Source: an uncultured Gemmatimonadales bacterium (GTDB taxonomy: Bacteria > Gemmatimonadota > Gemmatimonadetes > Longimicrobiales > RSA9). Taken from it: a stretch of DNA of 64,000 nucleotides. The number at the start of each line of letters is the position of its first letter. The first letter of the stretch is position 1. The stretch is taken from NCBI GenBank assembly GCA_963708135.1, contig OY970192.1:5024001-5088000 (forward strand). Reading direction: 5' to 3'. This document shows positions 1-8,074 of the stretch, piece after piece. Made by a program: the position numbers and the translations under genes. The notes beneath the pieces are model-generated. The model was given only the letters and a program-made list of their open reading frames with translations, did not search any database and had not been told where the DNA came from.

Positions 1-1842
1 CCCGCGGAAGTCCCCGCGCTGCGCATGGCCGACCCGCGGCTGTGGTGGCCCGCGGCCATGGGCAAGCCCGAGCTCTACTCGCTCGACCTCCGCTTCGAGG
101 CCGGCACCGGCACCTCGGACGCCGCCACTCTCCCCTTCGGCATCCGCCAGATCACCGCGGAGCGAACGGCGGACAGCACGCGCCTCTTCCTCGTGAACGG
201 GAAGCGGCTCCTCATCCGCGGCGGCGGCTGGGCGCCGGACATGATGCTGCGCGCGCAACCGGACAAGCAGCTGGCAGAGCTGCGCTACGTGCTGGACCTC
301 GGCCTCAACACCATCCGCCTCGAGGGCAAGCTCGAGGACGACCGCTTCTGGGCCCGCGCCGACAGCATGGGCATCCTCGTCATGGCCGGCTGGTGCTGCT
401 GCAGCGGCTGGGAGGAGTGGGACAAGTGGACGGACGCGGAGCGGGCGGACGCGGCCGCGTCGCAGAAGAGCCAGATCCTCCGGCTGCGCGCCCACGCCAG
501 CGCGCTCATGTGGCTGAACGGCAGCGACGGTCATCCGCCGCCCGACGTCGAGAAGATGTACATCGACATCCTGAATCGGTACGACTGGCAGAACCCCTAC
601 CTCTCCTCGGCCAGCGGCAAGCCGAGCGAGGTCACGGGGAAGAACGGCGTCAAGATGAGCGGCCCCTACGACTGGGTGCCGCCGCGCTACTGGTCCGTGG
701 ACACCGCCCACGGCGGCGCCTTCGGCTTCAACACCGAGACCAGCCCCGGCGCCGCGCCGCCGCCCCTGGCGAGCATGCGCCGCATGCTGCCGCCCGCGCA
801 CCTCTCGCCCGACGACAGCGTCTGGCGGTTCCACGCCGCGGGCGGCCAGTTCCGCCACTCGGACCGCTTCGACCGGGCGCTGGCCGAGCGCTACGGGAAG
901 CCGACGAGCGCGCTCGACTACACGCGCAGGGCGCAGGCGCTGGCGTACGAGGGCGAGCGCGCCATGTTCGACGCCTACACCCGCGCCATGTACCGCTCCA
1001 CCGGCATCATCCAGTGGATGCTGAACGACGCCTGGCCGTCCACCTGGTGGCACCTCTACGACTACTACCTGCGCCCGGGCGGCGCCTACTTCGGCGCGAA
1101 GAAGGCGCTCGAGCCCGTGCACGCCATTTACGCCTACGACGACCGCGGCGTCGTGCTCGTGAACACCACCCACGAGGCGCGGCCCGGCCTCACCGTGAGC
1201 GCCCGCATCGTGAACCTCGACGGCGCCGAGCCTTTCCACCGCGACACCACCGTGGACCTGCCGCCGGACACCGCCCTGCGCCTCTTCACGCTGCCCACGC
1301 CGGGCGACGTCTCCCCCGCCTACTTCGTCTCGCTGCGCGTGACCCGCGCCGAGACGGCGCCGGCGCGGGGCGTCCGCGCGGAGCGTCCCGGGGCGGCGGC
1401 CGCCGCGGCCGCCAGTGCGCCCGGGCTCGCCGCCGCGAACGTCTACTGGCTCTCCACCCATCACGATGTCCTCGACGAGGACAGCGCGACCTGGTACGTC
1501 ACGCCCGTCAGGCAGTACGCCGACCTCACGTCGCTCGCCGCCATGCCCTCCGGCCGGGTGACCGCCACCGTCGCCTACACCCGTGACGGCCCCTGGCGGC
1601 AGGCGACGGTGCACCTCGTGAACGCCGGCCGTGCCCCCGCCTTCTTCATCCGCCTGATGCTCACCCGCGGCGCCGGGGGCGAGGAGGTGCTGCCGGTGCT
1701 GTGGTCGGACAACTACGTCACGCTCATGCCCGGCGAGCCACGCACGCTGACCGCCCGCGTGCGCGCCGCCGACCTGCGCGGCGCGGCGCCCGCCGTGGCC
1801 GTGGAGGGGTGGAACGTCGCGCCCGCGGCGGTCCACCGTTGA
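1..1842 (+). CDS. GH2 glycoside hydrolase, exo-beta-D-glucosaminidase (CsxA-like); 5' end lies outside the window
   Basis: Open frame from base 1. GH2 motifs LWWP..MG.P.LY, FLVNGKRLLIRGGGW, GLNTIRLEGK, WLNGSD, GPYDWVPP.YW, GFNTE; C-terminal Ig-like 'PVLWSDNYVTLMPGE'. Confidence 0.85.
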   Translation, partial: PAEVPALRMADPRLWWPAAMGKPELYSLDLRFEAGTGTSDAATLPFGIRQITAERTADSTRLFLVNGKRLLIRGGGWAPDMMLRAQPDKQLAELRYVLDLGLNTIRLEGKLEDDRFWARADSMGILVMAGWCCCSGWEEWDKWTDAERADAAASQKSQILRLRAHASALMWLNGSDGHPPPDVEKMYIDILNRYDWQNPYLSSASGKPSEVTGKNGVKMSGPYDWVPPRYWSVDTAHGGAFGFNTETSPGAAPPPLASMRRMLPPAHLSPDDSVWRFHAAGGQFRHSDRFDRALAERYGKPTSALDYTRRAQALAYEGERAMFDAYTRAMYRSTGIIQWMLNDAWPSTWWHLYDYYLRPGGAYFGAKKALEPVHAIYAYDDRGVVLVNTTHEARPGLTVSARIVNLDGAEPFHRDTTVDLPPDTALRLFTLPTPGDVSPAYFVSLRVTRAETAPARGVRAERPGAAAAAAASAPGLAAANVYWLSTHHDVLDEDSATWYVTPVRQYADLTSLAAMPSGRVTATVAYTRDGPWRQATVHLVNAGRAPAFFIRLMLTRGAGGEEVLPVLWSDNYVTLMPGEPRTLTARVRAADLRGAAPAVAVEGWNVAPAAVHR

Positions 1843-2002
1843 GCGAGGGCCGCGAGCTGCGGGACTCGCTCCTGGCGCCGCCGACGGATCTCGTGGACTC
1901 CTGCCTCGCCGCGCTCTGCCATGCCAGGCGCGCGATCCATTCCTTCGACCGCCAGCTTGCCGGGCTCCGAGTCCGGCTGCTCCCGGCCGACTGAGCGCCG
2001 CC

Positions 2003-2449
2003 GTGTCCGACAGCTCGCGCCCGACGGAAGCTCCCGCCCCGCGCGTCCCCCGCTGGCGCGTCGCGCTCTGGCTCGGGCTGCTCGCGAGCTGGCTGGTGAT
2101 CCTGCCGCTCATGACATCGGCCGTCGTCCACCCGCCCTCGCCCGAGCGGCTGAGGAGCATGCCGACGCTGCGCATCCCGACGCCCGCCACGCTGCTCGTG
2201 CGCATCGCGACGAGCGGGCTGGAGCTCCGGGTGGTGCTCGTCCTGCTATGGCCCTGGCGCGTTCGCGCATGGCGACTCCGCCTGGCCGGCACCGCCCTCG
2301 CCGTTACGCTGTGGTTCCTGCTCACGCCCCCGCTCGGCCTGAGCATCATGGAGTGGTACCACCGCCGCTGGCTGGCCGCGGTCGCCGCCGTGCTGCTCGT
2401 GGCGGCCGCCCTGTCCGGCATCGGGGCGGTGGTGCGGCGAGGGGCCTAG
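2003..2449 (+). CDS. Hypothetical membrane protein (about 4 TM helices)
   Basis: 148-aa ORF with four hydrophobic stretches; GTG start shortly after the GH2 gene. Confidence 0.55.
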   Translation: MSDSSRPTEAPAPRVPRWRVALWLGLLASWLVILPLMTSAVVHPPSPERLRSMPTLRIPTPATLLVRIATSGLELRVVLVLLWPWRVRAWRLRLAGTALAVTLWFLLTPPLGLSIMEWYHRRWLAAVAAVLLVAAALSGIGAVVRRGA

Positions 2450-2744
2450 ACCAACCCGCGGAGTGCACGCGCGAAGAAGCCGAGCATCTGGCGAGCATTG
2501 TCCCGCTCACCCATCGCCTGACAGGCGTGGCCCCAGGTAAGACGCGGCCAGCGGATCGGGCCGCCACGTCGTGAGCGACTCGAGGTAGCGGACAGCGACG
2601 GCGGGCCGGCCGACCTTGAGCTCCAGTCGCCGATGCCCTGCCCGTGGATCGCGAACTGCAGCACCGCGATGCCGTCGGGCGCGGCCTCGGCCGCCGCCTT
2701 CCGCGGACCCAGGCCCCGACCGCGTCAGCGAGACAGATCCCGAA

Positions 2745-4268
2745 TCAGCTCACGGTTCGGAGCAGGTCGGACGCCTTCTCACCGATCATCACCGACGGCG
2801 CATTGGTGTTGCCGGTGGTGACGCGCGGCATGATCGACGCATCGGCGACTCGCAGGCCGTCGATGCCGTAGACGTGCAGCTCGGGATCGACCACGCACAT
2901 CGCGTCCACACCCATGCGGCAGCTGCCGGCGGGATGGAAGTAGGTCGTCACGGCCTGCCGCACGAACTCGATCATCTCCTTCCGGCCGAGCTTGCCCGGC
3001 ATCACCTCGCGCTTGCGCAGCGACCTGAACGCTTTCGACGCGCCGATCTCGCGGCAGAGATCGATGCCGAAGAGGAGCGCTTCGACGTCCGCATCGCGCT
3101 GGAGATACGCCATGTCGATGGCGGGCGGCTTCGCGGCATCCTTTGAATGCAGCGTGACGCTGCCGCGGCTGGCCGGCCGCACCACGCTCGGCGCAATGGC
3201 GTAGCACTCCGGCGGTAGCCGGCCCGCCAGCTCCGGCGTGGCGAACGGAAATTCGATGATCACCGGCTGGATGTCGGGCGAGTACAGCGCCGGATTCGAC
3301 TTCCACCAGAAGGTCGATTCGGCGCCGTTGTTGGCCACCGGCGGCAACGCGCCCTTCGTCTCGTAGATGATCCCGCCCAGCAGCGGGTGATCCTGCAGGT
3401 TCTTGCCCACACCCGGCAGGTTGACGCGCGTCCGGATGCCAAGCTTCTTCAATTCCGCCGCCGGCCCGATACCGGAGAGCAGCAGCAGGCGCGGCGAGCC
3501 GATGGCCCCGGCCGAGAGCACCGTCTCCCGGGCGGCACGGGCGCGCCGTGTCCCGCCTTCGTGCCGGTAGGTGACACCGGTGCAGCGCTTCCCGACAAAG
3601 TGGAGTGCGACCGTTTCGGCATTGGTGAGCACCGTCAGGTTGGGCCGGCTCATCGCGGGACGGAGATAGGCCGTGGCCACGCTGAAGCGCTGGCCGTTCT
3701 TGATGGTGAGGTTGAAGTAGCCGATGCCCTCCATCGAGGGACCGTTGATGTCGTCGAGCACCGGAAGTCCCACTTCGCGGCCGCCTTCGATGAAGGCCGC
3801 GGCAATCGGACCCGGCAGGTTCGGCGGTTCGATCCACATCGGTCCGCCACGGCCGCGCAGCGGGGTCCGCGGTCCCTGCCAGTTCTCGATCCGCTTGTAG
3901 ATCGGGAGCACGCTGGCCCAGTCCCACCCGGCGTTGCCATCGTAGGCCCAGTGGTCGAAGTCCGCCGGATGCCCGCGCACCCATGCATTCGCGTTGTGGC
4001 TGTGACAGCCGCCCAGCATCCTGGCGCGCGGACAGTGCACGACGCGATTCGCCGCGTGCCGCTGCGGCACCGTGTTGTAACACCAGTCCACGTCGCCGTA
4101 GAACAGGGTGGGCCACTTGCCGGGGTCACGCACGTCATCACGCAGGTCGGTGCCGCCGGCCTCCAGCAGGAGCACCTTCACGTCCGGTCTCTCGGAGAGG
4201 CGCGCGGCAACGACACACCCGGCAGACCCGCCGCCGACGATGATGTAGTCAGCCTGCTCCGATTTCAT
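2745..4268 (-). CDS. GMC family oxidoreductase (choline dehydrogenase-like, FAD)
   Basis: Start MKSEQADYIIVGGGSAG (FAD GxGxxG), RARMLGGCHSHNA, GVGKNLQDH, YFHPAGSCRMG, LRVADASIMP...GNTNAP. Confidence 0.92.
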   Translation of the reverse strand: MKSEQADYIIVGGGSAGCVVAARLSERPDVKVLLLEAGGTDLRDDVRDPGKWPTLFYGDVDWCYNTVPQRHAANRVVHCPRARMLGGCHSHNANAWVRGHPADFDHWAYDGNAGWDWASVLPIYKRIENWQGPRTPLRGRGGPMWIEPPNLPGPIAAAFIEGGREVGLPVLDDINGPSMEGIGYFNLTIKNGQRFSVATAYLRPAMSRPNLTVLTNAETVALHFVGKRCTGVTYRHEGGTRRARAARETVLSAGAIGSPRLLLLSGIGPAAELKKLGIRTRVNLPGVGKNLQDHPLLGGIIYETKGALPPVANNGAESTFWWKSNPALYSPDIQPVIIEFPFATPELAGRLPPECYAIAPSVVRPASRGSVTLHSKDAAKPPAIDMAYLQRDADVEALLFGIDLCREIGASKAFRSLRKREVMPGKLGRKEMIEFVRQAVTTYFHPAGSCRMGVDAMCVVDPELHVYGIDGLRVADASIMPRVTTGNTNAPSVMIGEKASDLLRTVS

Positions 4269-4350
4269 AATCGTTCTCCCGAGCGGCGATCGGTATGTCG
4301 ACGAGCTGTTGCGCGAGGCGGCCGCGCCGGCCGAACCGGTGATCGACGAG

Positions 4351-5162
4351 CTACGTGGTGCCGAACGCGACGCGGAGCGCCGTGGCGGCCTCGGCGAGGG
4401 CGTGGCGCCCCTGATCGAGCGCGCCGGGGAGGCCGAGGAATCCATGAATCATTCCATCGTAGCGCTTGAGCGTGACGGGTACGCCGGCCTTGCGCAATCG
4501 CGCCGCGTAAGCCTCGCCTTCGTCCCGGAGCGGATCGAATCCGGCTGTAATGACGAAGGCTGCCGGCAGTCCGGCGAGTGATTGCGCGCGCATCGGCGAC
4601 GCCCTGGAAGATGCTCCGTCGGACGGGTCGCGGAGGTAATGCGACCAGAACCAGGCCATGAGCGGTTTCGTCAGCAGATAGCCGTCGGCGTTGGCCTGGT
4701 AGGACGGTGTGTCGAACCAGTGGCGTCGCCGTCAAAGCTGTCCGCATTGGCCGCCACCCACCGGAATGCGGCGTAGCAGTCGTCGGGTGCCGCGGGGAAC
4801 TTGTGCTCCGGAGCCGACCGGAAGTGTACCGACACGACGATGCATCCAGCGGCGTTCGTCAGCGCCCGGCAGGTCGGGTCATAGGCATCGAGATCGCCGA
4901 GCACCCAACCGCCACCGTGGAAGTGAACCAGCACGGGGAATGGTCCGGTTCCGGTCGGCGTATAGATCCGCAGCGCAATCGGTTCGTCTGCCGACGGTAT
5001 GTTCACGTCCTTCACCCCGGCGACGGGCTCCGGTTCTCCGGTGCCACCAAAGAGCTGCCGGTAGAGCGCCCGCGCCTGATCCAGCGGGAGTTGTTCGAGT
5101 GGCGGCAACCCGGCGGCCGCCAGCTGGTCGAGGAACAGTCGGGCCTGCGGGTCGAGCGGCAT
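4351..5162 (-). pseudogene. HSL-family alpha/beta hydrolase (esterase/lipase) pseudogene with internal deletion and frameshift
   Basis: N-half has HGGGW and runs to ..FDGDAT. C-half (FDTPSYQANADGYLLT..MAWFW, FDPLRDEG, HGF) is in another frame. The GDSAG nucleophile segment is missing at about 4718. Confidence 0.85.
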
Positions 5163-5407
5163 GGCATCCCCTCGCGTTGCCGGGCGGCGATGGCACCATC
5201 TCCACGCGCCGTCGTCGGCCTGGCTACGGTGTGAGCTGTTTCGCTGCAATATACGCGGATCGCCTTTGTACCGCGCGCCGCTCGTGCGGCAAATGGCCGC
5301 GTTCACGCCGCCCGCAGCCGGAGCGGGTGGCCGGCGAAACCTGCGGCTTCCCGGCTGATCGGGCGGTCGGAGCGTCGAGGAACTCCGGCGCGAAAGAAGT
5401 CCGCTTC

Positions 5408-7540
5408 CTACCTCCCCAGCCGCTTCCAGAAGTAGGTGTAGATCAGCGCCTCCTCCCGTGCCCGCTGCTTGCCCGTGACGCCCGGGCCGTGGCCGCCCTC
5501 CGTGTTCTCGAAGAACCACACCGGATCGCCCATGGCCTCCATCCTCGCCGCGAACTTGCGCGCGTGGCCGGGGTGCACGCGGTCGTCGCGCGTGGTGGTG
5601 GTGATGAGCGGGCGGGGATAGTGGACCCCGGACTTCAGGTTCTGGTACGGCGAGTACTTCGAGATGTAGGCCCAGTCGGCGGGGACGTCGGGGTTGCCGT
5701 ACTCGGCCATCCAGCTCGCGCCGGCCAGCAGGTGGCTGTAGCGCTTCATGTCGAGCAGCGGGTTGAGGATCGCGACGGCGCCCCAGAGGTCCGGCCGCTC
5801 CGTGAGCATGACGCCCATGAGCAGCCCGCCGTTCGAGCCGCCCATGATCCCGAGGTGCGCCGGGCTCGTCACCTTGCGGGCGATCAGGTCCTCCGCCACG
5901 GCGATGAAGTCGTCGTAGGCGCGCTGCCGGTGCTCCCTCATGGCCGAGCGGTGCCAGCTCGGGCCGAACTCGCCGCCGCCGCGGATGTTGGCCAGCACGT
6001 ACACCCCGCCGCGCGCGAGCCAGTCGGCGCCGATCACCGGATTGTAGGTCGGCGTCATGGAGATCTCGAAGCCGCCGTAGCCGTACTGCAGCGTGGGGTT
6101 CGTGCCGTCCGGCTTCATGTCCTTCCTGTGGACGATGAAGTAGGGGATGCGGGTGCCGTCCTTCGACGTCGCCTCGTGCTGCTCCGCGACGAGCCCGCTC
6201 GCGTCGAACTGTGCGGGCAGCCGCTTCACCTCGCGGGCGCTCCCGTCCGCCTCGCCCAGCTCGAGCGTGGTCGGTTGCGTGAACGAGGCGAAGGTGAAGA
6301 AGAAGCGGTCCGTGGTGGGCGACGTCGCCCGCACATCCACGCTCCCGAAGTCCGGCAGCCGCACCGTGTCCGCGCTCCAGGCGCCGGCATCGCGATGGAA
6401 GCGGAGCAGCTTCGGGCGCACCTCGTCGAGCATGGAGACGAGGAGGCGGTCCTTCGTCGCGTTCACATCCGTTACGGTCGCGCGCGGGCCGGGGACGAGC
6501 ACGCTCTGGAAGTCGCGGCCGCCGCCGAGGAACGCCTCGAAGTCCGTGCCGACGAGTGAGCCGGCCGGGTACGTCGCCCCGCCCACGGTCCACGGCGAGC
6601 GCAGGTACACCACGAGCTGGCCGCCCACCAGGTGCGGATCCGCGTCGAGCGGCAGGTCGAGCCGCACGAGCGAGTCGCCGCGCAGCACGTACGTCTCCGA
6701 CTCGAAGAAGCTCGGCGAATGCTCCACGATGGCGTAGCTCCGGTCGCCGGTCCGCCAGGTGGCGACGCGCACCGAGACGTCCGTCGGCTTGCCCTCGTAG
6801 AGCGTCCTCGCCGAGGAGAGCGGCGTGCCCCGCCGCCACAGCTTCGCCACGCGCGCGTAGCCGGAGGTGGTCATGGTGCCGGGCCCGAAGTTCGTCGCCA
6901 CCAGCAGCGCGTCCGGCCCGCGCCACGCCACCGACAGCTTCGACTCCGGCAGCCGGAACCCGTCCTCGACGAAGCGCCCGCTCCCGGTGTCCAGCTCCCG
7001 GACCTCGACCGCATCCGCGCCGCCGCGCGAGAGACGCACCAGGCACAGCCGGTCCTCCGGGGCCAGGCAGGTGGCGCCCTTCCACGCCCACGCCTGCTTC
7101 TCCGCCGCCGCCAGCGAGTCCACGTCCAGCACCGTCCGCCATTGCGGCGAGCCGGACAGGTAGGACTCCCACGAGGCGGTCCGCCACACCCCGCGCGGGT
7201 GCTTGGCGTCCTGCCAGTAGTTGGCGACCCGCTCACCCAGGATCGACGGCATGGCCAGCCGGTCCCGCGAGTCGAGCACCTCGAGCGTCCGCTGCGCCAG
7301 CGTGTCGTAGAGCGGCAGCGACCCGAGCCCCGCCATTGTCTTCGCGTCCTGCGCCTTCACCCACGCCATCGAGCGCGCCGCGGTGACATCCTCCAGCCAC
7401 TGGAACGCCGCAGGCGACGTTGCCGTCGCGCGCGCCGCCCCGGGCGCCTGCTTCTGCGCGGCCGCGGGTGCCGGCGCGGCGAGGCCCGCGAGGATCGAGA
7501 GGACGAACACCGTGGCGGAAGACGCTGCGGGGCGGGACAT
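5408..7540 (-). CDS. Prolyl oligopeptidase (S9A), secreted
   Basis: Signal peptide; FQWLED; YGYGGF; ANIRGGGEFG; GGSNGG catalytic Ser; DDRVHP; GGHG. GGAGG RBS upstream of ATG 7540. Confidence 0.95.
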   Translation of the reverse strand: MSRPAASSATVFVLSILAGLAAPAPAAAQKQAPGAARATATSPAAFQWLEDVTAARSMAWVKAQDAKTMAGLGSLPLYDTLAQRTLEVLDSRDRLAMPSILGERVANYWQDAKHPRGVWRTASWESYLSGSPQWRTVLDVDSLAAAEKQAWAWKGATCLAPEDRLCLVRLSRGGADAVEVRELDTGSGRFVEDGFRLPESKLSVAWRGPDALLVATNFGPGTMTTSGYARVAKLWRRGTPLSSARTLYEGKPTDVSVRVATWRTGDRSYAIVEHSPSFFESETYVLRGDSLVRLDLPLDADPHLVGGQLVVYLRSPWTVGGATYPAGSLVGTDFEAFLGGGRDFQSVLVPGPRATVTDVNATKDRLLVSMLDEVRPKLLRFHRDAGAWSADTVRLPDFGSVDVRATSPTTDRFFFTFASFTQPTTLELGEADGSAREVKRLPAQFDASGLVAEQHEATSKDGTRIPYFIVHRKDMKPDGTNPTLQYGYGGFEISMTPTYNPVIGADWLARGGVYVLANIRGGGEFGPSWHRSAMREHRQRAYDDFIAVAEDLIARKVTSPAHLGIMGGSNGGLLMGVMLTERPDLWGAVAILNPLLDMKRYSHLLAGASWMAEYGNPDVPADWAYISKYSPYQNLKSGVHYPRPLITTTTRDDRVHPGHARKFAARMEAMGDPVWFFENTEGGHGPGVTGKQRAREEALIYTYFWKRLGR

Positions 7541-7669
7541 GGGCACCTCCGGGGTGGGTTCTGGTCCGGGCTGTCACAGTAGATTGGCGCCCCGGCGGGC
7601 GCAACGATTCGTACGGTCTCCGCACCTGCGACGCAGAATTGTGCAGAATGGTCGCAGCGGGAGAGCGGC

Positions 7670-7718
7670 TTGACCCACGGGCGCGTGCGCCCCATCTTCC
7701 TGCAGAACATCTGAAGGA
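7670..7718 (+). promoter_or_regulatory. Putative sigma70 promoter and inverted-repeat operator of the padR gene
   Basis: TTGACC (7670-7675) - 17 bp - CATCTT (7693-7698); overlapping inverted repeat TCCTGCAGA-aca-TCTGAAGGA (7698-7718). Confidence 0.5.
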
Positions 7719-7726
7719 GACCGCCC

Positions 7727-8074
7727 ATGCCGCCCGCCGAACGCTCCGACCTGTTGCAGGGGACCCTCGAGCTGCTGGTGCTGAAGACGCTCTCGCTGGA
7801 GCCGATGCACGGCTGGGGGATCAGCCAGCGGATCCGGCAGATGTCGCGCGAGGTGCTGGACGTGCCGCAGGGGTCGCTCTACCCGGCGCTCGTGCGCATG
7901 AAGCGGAAGGGGTGGGTCCGCTCCGAGTGGCGGACCACGGAGAACAACCGGCGCGCGCGCTACTACAGCTTGACGCCGGCGGGCGAGCGGCAGCTCGGGG
8001 CGGAACACCGGGCCTGGGAGCGTTCCTCGTCCGCGGTGAACTGGGTGCTGGGTTGGGAAGGAGGCGCGCCGTGA
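7727..8074 (+). CDS. PadR family transcriptional regulator (acidobacterial type)
   Basis: DLLQGTLELLVLKTL..PMHGWGI..QGSLYPAL.R..W..TENNRRARYY; directly upstream of an ADOP permease. Confidence 0.95.
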   Translation: MPPAERSDLLQGTLELLVLKTLSLEPMHGWGISQRIRQMSREVLDVPQGSLYPALVRMKRKGWVRSEWRTTENNRRARYYSLTPAGERQLGAEHRAWERSSSAVNWVLGWEGGAP

